The notes under the pieces: generated by a model
Seen by the model: the letters and a program-made list of their open reading frames with translations, nothing else
What the model was told of the DNA's origin: nothing
Database searches by the model: none
Shown here: piece after piece, positions 1 to 10,300 of the stretch
Numbering within the stretch: position 1 is the first letter of the stretch
How the letters are laid out: each line of letters opens with the position of its first letter
Translations under genes and position numbers: made by a program
Assembly (NCBI GenBank): GCA_017620015.1
Contig: JAFZRE010000004.1
Location: 29,627-93,626 of the forward strand
Origin: Bacteroidales bacterium
GTDB lineage: Bacteria > Bacteroidota > Bacteroidia > Bacteroidales > ML635J-15
Direction: 5' to 3'
DNA: 64,000 bases

Positions 1-1037
1 TCATTGTCATCCGCGAAGACGGTAAATATCAGGTTTCGAAGGTGACAGACAAGGCGTTCTTCGGCAAGGGAATCATTCATGTGGCTGTGTATCGCAAGAA
101 CGACAAGCGCACCATCTACAATGTGGTTTACCGCGATGGTAAGACGGCGACTTCGTACATCAAGCGTTTTGCAATTACCAATGTCATCCGCGACAAGGAA
201 TACGACATGACCAAGGGTACGCCTGGCTCCAAGTTGTTGTATTTCAAGGCAAATCCTAATGGCGAGGCCGAGGTTATCTCGTGCAAGCTGAAGCCGAAGC
301 CGAAACTGCGCAAACTTACATTCGAAGTTGATTTCAAGGACATTGCCATCAAGAACCGCGATGCCCAGGGTAATATTTTCGCTCGTACCGAAATTCACAA
401 GATTACGCAGAAGGAGGAAGGTATTTCAACGCTCGGTGGTCGCAAGATTTGGTTCGACAAGGATGTTTTGCGTCTGAATGTAGATGGACGCGGACAGTAC
501 TTGGGCGAATTCTCTGGAACTGACAAGATTCTCGTTGTCACCAATGGAGGCGACTGCATTTTCACCAATTTCGACCTGTCGAACCACTACAACGATGACA
601 TTCTGATAATAGAAAAGTACAATCCCGATAAGGTTTTCACAGCCGTTCATTTTGATGCCGAGCAGAACTACTACTACCTCAAGCGTTTCAACATAATGGA
701 GATGACCAAGCCGCAGTCGTTCATTTCCGAGTACGAAGGTTCGCGGATGGTCGCCGTAAGCGAGGACAAGCATCCGCAGTTGAAGATAACCTTCGGAGGC
801 AAGGACGAAAAGCGCGAACCGGAAATTATTGATGCCGAAGAATTTATCGGGGTAAAGGGTATTACGGCACGAGGCAAGCGACTTACCACATACGCAGTTA
901 AGGAAATTTGTTTCATCGAACCGCTTGTCAAGCCCGAAGATGAGGAGCCAGAGGAAGAAGAACCGCAAGTAGAAGAAGCTCCCGCAACTGATGACGGCTT
1001 TATGCCCGACAGCGGGACGCAGATGAGCCTGTTTTAA
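1..1037 (+). CDS. parC: DNA topoisomerase IV / gyrase subunit A family protein, C-terminal beta-pinwheel part (5' end cut by the window edge)
   Basis: The frame is open from nt 3, and the GTG at 42 is internal (..IVIREDGKYQVSKVTDKAFFGKG..). It has blade-like repeated segments (YRDGKTATSYIKRF, GGRKIWFDKDVLRLN, YYYLKRFNI) and an acidic tail PEDEEPEEEEPQVEE, as I remember for Bacteroidota ParC C-termini. ParC versus GyrA is not proven. A hairpin terminator follows. Confidence 0.6.
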   Translation, partial: IVIREDGKYQVSKVTDKAFFGKGIIHVAVYRKNDKRTIYNVVYRDGKTATSYIKRFAITNVIRDKEYDMTKGTPGSKLLYFKANPNGEAEVISCKLKPKPKLRKLTFEVDFKDIAIKNRDAQGNIFARTEIHKITQKEEGISTLGGRKIWFDKDVLRLNVDGRGQYLGEFSGTDKILVVTNGGDCIFTNFDLSNHYNDDILIIEKYNPDKVFTAVHFDAEQNYYYLKRFNIMEMTKPQSFISEYEGSRMVAVSEDKHPQLKITFGGKDEKREPEIIDAEEFIGVKGITARGKRLTTYAVKEICFIEPLVKPEDEEPEEEEPQVEEAPATDDGFMPDSGTQMSLF

Positions 1038-1157
1038 TGTCTGACAGGCTCGCAGTCCAGCAGGCTAACTGCCTTGCAGACAGACTTTAAAGCCGTTTCT
1101 GTTTTCTATAGGCTTCGCCGTTTCTAGCTACGCGTTTCTAAGTTTCAAGGTTCAAAA

Positions 1158-1207
1158 AACGGAATGTCATGCTGAACTTGTTTCAGCATCTGATTCCGTT
1201 TTTTTTG
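1158..1207 (+). terminator. Rho-independent terminator after the parC-like gene
   Basis: AACGGAAT (1158-1165) pairs with ATTCCGTT (1193-1200), with an inner ATGCTGAA/TTCAGCAT pairing. A T-run follows at 1199-1206. Confidence 0.7.
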
Positions 1208-1301
1208 TTTCTAAGTATCAAGTTGTTTCAAATTGTTGCAATGTCTTGCGTCTGTACTATGTTATTCTGATAATATTATATTTATCAGGCAACAATAATA
1301 C

Positions 1302-1339
1302 AAAAACCAGCGGATCGCTATGTGTTCCGCTGGTTTTTG
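1302..1339 (-). terminator. Bidirectional hairpin terminator downstream of giant gene 1
   Basis: AAAAACCAGCGGA..TCCGCTGGTTTTT is a 13-nt perfect inverted repeat (8-bp CCAGCGGA/TCCGCTGG core) with A/T runs on both sides. It lies 22 nt beyond the stop at 1361. Confidence 0.7.
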
Positions 1340-1360
1340 TAAATGTAGCTTGCAACATCT

Positions 1361-4300
1361 TTACTGCTTTATCACCTGCTTGTTAATCACAAAATCGGCT
1401 GTGCTAACCCTTACCATGTAGGCTGCCGGAGGCAGATTGCTTAGGTTAAGGATTGTCTCGTAGCTGTTCTGTGGAGCATCGGCTTTTTCGAAAACGATCA
1501 TCTTGCCAAGCATGTCGTAAACTTCAATGCGTGCTGGACGGTTCTCGAAGTTGTCCAATACAACGGTCAGTTCGCCGTTGAACGGGTTCGGGAATGCCTG
1601 TACGTCGGGTTCGCTCACCTCGGTGTCTACGCAGGTTGCAACTACGATTTCCGACGCCGTGCGCGAACCGTCGTAGTCCATCTGGACAAGACGGTAGTAG
1701 TTGTCGCCACCCATGATTCCATAATCATTGTAGGTGTAGTCAATCAATTCGATTGAGGACCCTGCGCCTGCCACACGACCGACCTCGGTGAAGTTGATCG
1801 CATCTTCGGAACGCTCGATGATGAAGTAGTCGTTGTTGTGCTCTGAAGCGGTTGTCCATGCAAGTTTGGCGTACTTGCCGTTGCAGGTGGCCGTGAACGA
1901 CAGAAGTTCTATCGGAAGGACTGTCCCCCTGGACTTGGAGCCGAGCGTTACAAGGAAGTCGGCAACTGCCCGGTGCGGATCCTTCGGGATTCTTGCGCCA
2001 GTAATTGTAATAACATTATGGTCTGAGCCAGAAATGCCCGCTTCACCGCCAAAGTTTTTCCAGCATCCGTTGGTGTATGCAGCAACCTGGATTACATTTC
2101 CGTTATACTCGTTCGGACTGCTGAAATGCTCGGCGGATGTCGCAGCATTTGACATAAGCGTGACATTCGAAAGCTCGGCTGGTGAGCTTATGTCCCAGTA
2201 CTCGAAGTTGCTTACATGGTCGAAGCGGTTGCCTCCATCCTCCGGACACATATCGTTTATATGCCACCAACGGGGTATAACATCGGTAGTGTATCCGTGA
2301 GTACCATCGCCATTGTCGCTGGACTTGTGGTGGAACTTGGCATTCACTATATCTTCAGAACCAATCTGTGCAGTAATGCTACCAAGAACATTGTCATCAC
2401 CAGTCGGGAATGTAAACATATTTCCACCGCCTATCTTGGTGACCGTATCGGATGCGTAGCTTTCGTAACCGCTACATATTGCACGACCGCTGGCATTGAA
2501 GGTGATGTTACCATCCAAGATACCATATCCGAAAATGGCTGCTCTACCGAAGATTGTTCCATTGGGGAATACTGTGTGCGGAACATTGCCTGGCATCGAG
2601 CCGTTTCGCGGTCTTCTAAGCTCAACATTGTTCTTTATTGTTAAATCTGAACCAGTATTGTTTACAAGTCCATGCGCACCGTTTCCTGCGAAAACAAGAG
2701 TCCCGCCATTACCTAGCGAAGCGCCACTGTTGACAATAAGGTCGCCACCAATTATGACTGCACGCGTGGTATCGTCAGCGGCAGGTAAAACTGCTGGGAA
2801 GTTGAGTGAACCGTCAAGTGTGAGATTGCCGTCCGCATTCAGTGTGTCCCCGATAGCAAAGGTAACAGTAGAACCGCTTGCAATTGATGCGTTTCCTGTA
2901 GCGACTACTTGGCTCGAACCGTCAAGTATAAGGTTACCGACCAGGCTAAGGTCTCCGTTTACAGAAAGGCTATGGCCGTTGGATACCGTTAGACTATGAC
3001 CTTCGCGTACGGTAACATCGTTTGCTACGCCATCTACATTTACAGTAGGATTGTTGCTGATACAAGTCTCACCGGACCTTATTACAACCTTGTTGTATGT
3101 GGTAGGTGCATTTCTTGCAAAATCATATCCATTGTTGCTAAATATAACCCAGTTGCGCGAGTCGCTCCAGTCGCTGCTTTCACGACCTGTCCATATATGG
3201 CCGTGAACAGCATTTGTCGCTGGGACATTGCCGGGAACCAGAATGTTCTGTGTTACGGATGCGCTTGCCGTACAGCCGTCGCTGTTCTTAACAGTTACTG
3301 TGTACTCGGTATTGTCGGCGGGCGTAACTACATTTGTGTTTTCTGCCACAAATCCGTTGCCCCAGTCGTATGAAATGCCACCACCTGCAGTAAGGGTTGC
3401 TTCTGTGCCTATACATACAGCCTCACCGCTTGCAAGAGTTGGTTCAGGATTTACTTTCACGGTATAATCCCAGATTGCAGGGCATGCATGAGCACCATTT
3501 GTCACACTAACTGTGTAGGTTGTCGTTTCTGTTGGAGAAACTGTGATGGATGATCCTGTTGATGCATTACTCCATTCATAACTGCATGGACTTCCCTTAA
3601 TGAAAATAGTCGACAGCTTGTTTGTATATCTATTATGCGCGCTATAAGATGTTGCAGAAGACGGATTATAGTTAGTAGGATCACTATATACCATAATTGA
3701 CTGATAATCCGAGCAAGGATAAACCTTATAATTATTTATGCCTCTATATGTGCCTGTATTATCGTCATAACCTATCAAAAGGTTATTGATTCCATTATAA
3801 TAAAAAGGTTCGTCTAATTCGATAGTAATCCATCCAGAAGCAGATGCAGAAAAGTTTCCTACTCGATCGGAAGAGCTGAAGTTTTCCCAATCTATATTTG
3901 ATGCAAATCTAGATTTTGTAGTATGTTTCATGTAAACATCTATATTTCGAGTATCCTCGTATCTGTTCATATATAACTTAATGGACGTAATAGTACCTGC
4001 ACTTCCCATTTCTGCTGAAGTGTAAATCATTTCGGACAAAGAGTAGCAAAAATAGCTATATGTAGGCAAAAAATTATTCGTTTGGGCCGATTCTGCACCT
4101 AAACTAAGTTCGTACATTTCATGATTGGCAATATTCAAAGTTACTTCTGTCCCTATTGCCACACATTCGTCATTGTCGGAAACAATAGTTATATCAGGTG
4201 CATCTACCAAAATAGTTATTTCTTGAGAAGCGACAATGCAAGTCCCGTTAGTTACAGTCAATGTATATGTAGTTGTGTGTTCAGGATTAACAGTATGTGA

Positions 4301-7300
4301 TGGTTCTGCGGATATAGTGCCATCGCTCCACTGATAACTTATTATATCGGAAGACGGGTCTTCGGCAGTAAGCACTACAGCAGGAGCTCCTTCGCAATAG
4401 GAATCTGCAGAAGAAGACAATGTGAATGTAGGTGCAGGAACCGGGGTTAGCATTACGTTTGCTGATAGTGATGGACAATCGCTACCAACTACACTACGAA
4501 CATAATATGTTGTTTGAGCATCAACAGTTGGTGTAAAAGTAGCACCAGTAGCTTCAATAGTACTGAAGTCTGATGTTGTACTCCATTGGTAACTGAATCC
4601 ATCCATAGGATTTGAAACCACCAATTCGCTTGGCGTACCAATACATGCAGAGTTTATCTCCACAACAGGAGCAGGTGCTGTTGTAACAGTTACTGTTACA
4701 GGCATAAGCTCGGATGGACAAATATCTGCATGAACCAACATCTCAGTAATAGTAATACGCGCATAACCGTTTCCTGAGTGACCTGTCTCATTGGTTCCAT
4801 TTGGAGCAAGGAATGTCGTGTTGCCTGCAATAGTTTGAGCATCCGTAAGACAGTTATCTGTAGATGCATCAGGTGCTGTCGCAGATGTTCTAACATAACC
4901 GGAACCACCACCAGCAGAGTTGCAGTCACAGTTAGCAGTAGGATTAGTTTTTCCACCACTCCAGCCTCCGCCACCGCCAGCAACACCGTTCTGATTTCCA
5001 GTACCACTACCATTCTCTCCTCTACCAAAATCAGAAGAAGTAGGAGATTCTGTACCTCCAGCACCTCCAGCAACGCCGGAACTTCCTGTGGTTCCACCTC
5101 CATATCCGCCATTCTGTGCAAATGATCCGCCACCACCACCGCCAGCAACTATCAAGACATTGCTACGATTAGAATATCCAATATCTGACAACGTTCCTGT
5201 TATGATTGCTATATGTGTGGCACCACCGCCACCACCTGAAGATTCATCATCATTTTGGTCTTCCGTTCCATTACCACCTCCGTTATAACCACCTGGAGAG
5301 TTTGTCCGATTTGAACCATCAGTACCCTTTCCACCAACACCTATATAAAGAGTTTGTCCCGGAGTAGAAGCATAGTTGCCATAAGAATAGCCTCCTTTAC
5401 CTCCCGCAGCTCGTAAAGAACCATTATCCAACCCACGTCCTCCTTCTGCTCCCCAAACTTCAAGTTTTACTTGTGTGACACCAACTGGAACTTCCCAAGT
5501 CTGCACATGGCCTGTATAATCAAAATCAATAGGATTCAATGTCGGTTGTGCTTCTATAACCTGCAAATAGTATGTTGTAGTTGCATCCAAAGCTGGAGTT
5601 GTAAATTCGCTTCCTTCGTAAACCAAGTTCTGCCCTTCGGGATCGGAATACCAGCGATAGCGAAGGTTGCCAATAACATCAGAAGATGCTGTAAGTGTGG
5701 CTGCTTGACCACAATATATGGTTGTTGAACCACTTACAGTTGGCGGATTCATTGGCGGATTAATAGTAAGCGTTCCTGTTGTATTTCCAGAATTGCCACA
5801 TTCATCGCGATATTCGCGGGTAATATTATATGTGCCTATGCTAAATGTTGCACGCTCTGCTGCTGTAAGAGTATAAGTAGTCGCTTCGCTCCAATCTGTT
5901 GTAATGTTACCCACATTCCAACGATACTCCACAGTGCCACCGCCAATGGCTGCTATATTGGAAGTCAGGGTTATTTCATCATCGGAATAGCAAACATGAA
6001 CATCGGCAATCTCACCTGCAGATAGAACTGTTACTTCTGTTACTGTTGTTGCAACTTCTACCGAACATCTATCCGAATTGGTGGCAGTAACAGTATATGT
6101 ACCATCCCCAACAGTAATTTCGTTAGTATGTGCACCATTATTCCAAAGATATCCATCTGCAGTTGCCGCTGTTAGACTTATCGTTGTACCCGGACAAATC
6201 ATAGGATTCTCAGGCGAAATTTCCACTACAGGATTTACATGAACAGTATGTTCTACAATAGTATTACATGCATAATTATCACCCGAAACGGTTGCGGTAT
6301 ATGTAGTTGTTAATGATGGATTAGTATTTATAGATGATGTATTTTCTCCCGTTGACCATGCATAAATCTCCCCAAGACTACCACTGATTTGCAGGAACAT
6401 TGCCACTTGTGTACCGGCATCTAAACATAAGTCATTATCTGAGCTAATAATTGTAACATTGGGGGCATTTGCCGCAATAGTATATGACCGGCTTGCACTA
6501 CAATGGTCGTTATATGCTGTTACAACATAAGTAGTTGTATTCTCGGGTATTACAGTGTGATTAATATCCGTTGTGATTGTACCATCGCTCCACTCGTAAC
6601 GTAGAATATTGCCAGTAGCATCAGTTATTGTAAATTCTACTGGTGTATTGTTACATGATATGGGACTGGAAGCATTAAGTGTGAAAGAAGGGCGTATATA
6701 TAACTCGACAGGAACTTCTGTTATTTCCGAACTGCAGGTTAGTCCGTTATAATTAATACGTACGTAGTAAGTTGCATCACTTAGCATATTATTGATGGTA
6801 AATGATGTGCCTTCGTGTAAAGGCGCGCCTGTACATGAAGAATTGTTCCACCACCCGTAGTTAAGTCCATCTATGGGATTTGTTATCGTGAGTACTACAT
6901 CGTCGCCTTGACAAGCATTGGGATTGGGAACCTCTACCACAGGGGCAGGAGCTGTTGTAACGGTTACTGTTACAGGCATAAGTTCGGATGGACAAATAAC
7001 TGGTAGATCAGCCATCTCTGTAATAGTAATGCGGGCATAACCATTACCAGTATGACCTGTCTCATTGGTGCCGTCTGGAGCAGGGAATGATATGTTACCT
7101 GCAATAGTTTGCGCTTCGGTCAAATAATAAGAACTATTTAGCAGACATCCAGACGGATAATTGCTTGCTGTTGATGCAGTATATACATAACCCGAACCAC
7201 CACAACCACCGTCATAAGGATCCTTTGCCCCATATCCACCATACCAGCCACCGCCTCCATTACCGCCATATACATGCTCAGATGGGCCTCCTTGACCAAA

Positions 7301-10300
7301 TGAAAAGCCACTCGTTTGTGTACCAGCAGGGTTTTCGTTTCGATATCCAATTCCGCCAGATAATCCTCCACCGTAGCCATACATTGCATTACTATCCCCC
7401 CAAACATAATTATCAAAACCGCCTTGACCGCCACCGCCACCAGCGACAATCACTCTAGCGTATAGCGAACCACTTCCTACCCTTATATCCGATGCGCCAC
7501 CACCGCCTCCTCCATTACCAGCATGAAAAATCTGATAAAAGCCGCCACCATTAAAACCACTGGCGTCACTAAGACCTTGACCGCCGACATAAATATAGAG
7601 TTCTGTATTTTGTTGAAGAGTAATAGTTCCGCATGAATAGCCACCCTTTCCTCCTTGTTGATGGCTATCGATACCTGATGGAGCTCCACCCTGAGCACCC
7701 CAAACCTCAAGTTTTACCTGTGTAACACCAACAGGAACTTCCCAAGTCTGTACTTCGCCTGTATAGTCAAAATTAATTGGAATCGATGTTAGTGGCACAT
7801 CAACAGCCTGCAAATAGTATGTTGTATTTGCGTCCAAAGCTGGAGTTGTAAATTCGCTTCCTTCGTAAATCAAGTTTTGCCCTTCGGGGTCGGAATACCA
7901 GCGGTAGTGAAGATTTCCAACAACATCAGAAGACGCTGTAAGTGTGGCTGTTTGTCCGCAATATATACTTGTTGAACCGCTTACTGTTGGCGGATTCATG
8001 GGCGGATTAATAGTAAGCGTTCCTGTTGTACTTCCCCTCAGATTGCTACAGTCATCACGGTACTCACGTGTAATATTGTAGTTGCCACTACCAAGCGTTG
8101 CGCGATCGGCATCTGTAAGTGTATAGTTGGCCGCTACGCTCCAATCTTTTGTAATGCTACCAACAATCCAGCGATATTCCACAGTGCCAACGCCAATGGC
8201 TGCGGCATTGGAAGTCAAAGTTATTTCATCATCGAAGTAGCAAGCATCAACATCATCAATCTCACCTGCAGATGGCGTTGTTAGTTCTGTTACAGTCGAA
8301 GAAATTTCTACAGAACATCCATTCGAATTGGTGGCAGTAACAGTATAGGTGCCACCTCCAACTGTAATTTCGTTAGTGGTAGCGCCATTATTCCAAAGAT
8401 ATCCATCTGCTGTTGCCGCTCTAAGGGTTGTAGTTGTACCCGGACAAATCATAGGGTTCTCAGGATAAATTTCCACTACAGGAACAGCGTACAATTCGAC
8501 AGGAACTGTTGCTATTTCCGATGAATAAATGCAAGTAATTTTTGCATAACCATTACCAGTTCGAACGCCATTAGATGTAGAACCACCTGTTACTCCTCCT
8601 ATGTATCCCGAACCACCAGCTGAAGGTCTAGTATCTGAGTTTGGATTATTTCCTCCGCCGAACCAACCGCCGCCGCCACCGCCGGAACCATCACTATTTC
8701 CAGTAGCACCATAACCAAATCCTGCTCCATTGCCACCACTAGTTTGTGAACCACCAGTTGCCGTTGTTCCCTGTCCTCCGGCACTAGATGCATTACCACC
8801 ATTAGTTCCACCACCAGAACCACCAGGACCGCCCCAGTATCGACCTTCGTTTATGTTTCCCGATGCTCCACCACCGCCACCTGCAACTATAAGAATTTCG
8901 TTTCTGTACGAATTATAGTTTCTTAGCTCACCACGATTATTATCCTTTGCTATATGCGTAGCTCCTCCTCCAGAACCATAATGATAGTCAGTGTTCCCAT
9001 GTCTAGTTCCTGTTCCTCCGCCATTATATCCACCAGCGCGGTCTGAGCCAGAACAGTCATTAGCACCAGCTCCTCCAACAACTACATATATTTGTGTCCC
9101 AGCTATTAATGTAACATTACCATATGAATATCCGCCTTTGCCCCCGCTATCAGTTCCTCCCCTATATCGGGCATTTCCACCTTCAGCTCCCCATACTTCT
9201 AATTTATACTCTCCTGAATATTCAGGAGTATATGTTTGTACATTTCCTGTGTAATCAAAAGAGGACTCTATACCATAATATGCACGAACATAGTACGTCG
9301 CATTACTTTGCATATTATTAATAGTATACGATGTGCCTTCATGCAAAGGTGCGCCTGTACATGAAGAATTGTCCCACCATCCGTATGTAAATCTATCCTC
9401 GTCATTTGTTACCGTTAGTACTACATTACCGCCCGGACAGGCAGATGAAACATTAACGACGGGGGTTGGTATATCGCCAGATATATTAATTATCTCACCA
9501 ACAAAATTTGACTCTGAACCAGTCAATGACATATTTCTAAATGTACCGTTATGATTATTCCCACTTTTATCTATCAAAGATGTTATTCCTGTGTTGTCTC
9601 CACCAACTACACCTTGATTGAAATCATAATATGCGACCAATCCAGTCTGCGAAGTTGGAGTTGGAAGCTCGCGATTATAGTTTTCGGCAATTTGTGATTC
9701 TGTACGAGCGACATTCCATATACGCAATTCATCAACTGCACCTTTGAAGTATTCTTCCGCACCGGGACCTCCACTTCCTATTCTGATAATATTATTAGAA
9801 TTAGCAAGAACCGCACTGCAAGAAAAAGAAACGGTTGTTTTGTATTCTCCGTTAACATAAATAGAATAATTGCTTGATGTTACCACGTATGCTATATGAT
9901 ACCATGTATTAGTAGTATATGAGCTAGAGAAGTCTGCGTGGTCGGAACACCATGAACTGGCATTTCCTATATCGCAGTGCACCCTGTCACTTTCAATCTT
10001 AATATCGAAAGTTGACTGATTATTACGACTACCTATAAATGTATGAGTATTGCTCTCTCCTCCAATACCTTTCATTATTTCATATTTTACCCAACATTCC
10101 ACAGTAAAAGGTGCCGACACATCGGTTATAGTTGTCAAATCTACATAGTCGTTTGAACCGTCAAAATGCAACGCATTGCCGAATTTAGCAAGTTGACCAA
10201 ATGCAATCCCGCTAAAAAACAAAAGGAAAATTGCGAAGAGCGACTTACGAATTGTTGCATCAAATATGATCCTTGTAAAGAGTCGTCTATTATTGTTTTG

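Noticed and set aside
5088-9254. Proline-rich plus-strand ORFs (e.g. 5088..5288, 8730..8918, 8991..9254)
   Set aside because: They are the mirror image of the GGN-rich glycine modules on the coding strand (CCN codons), not genes.
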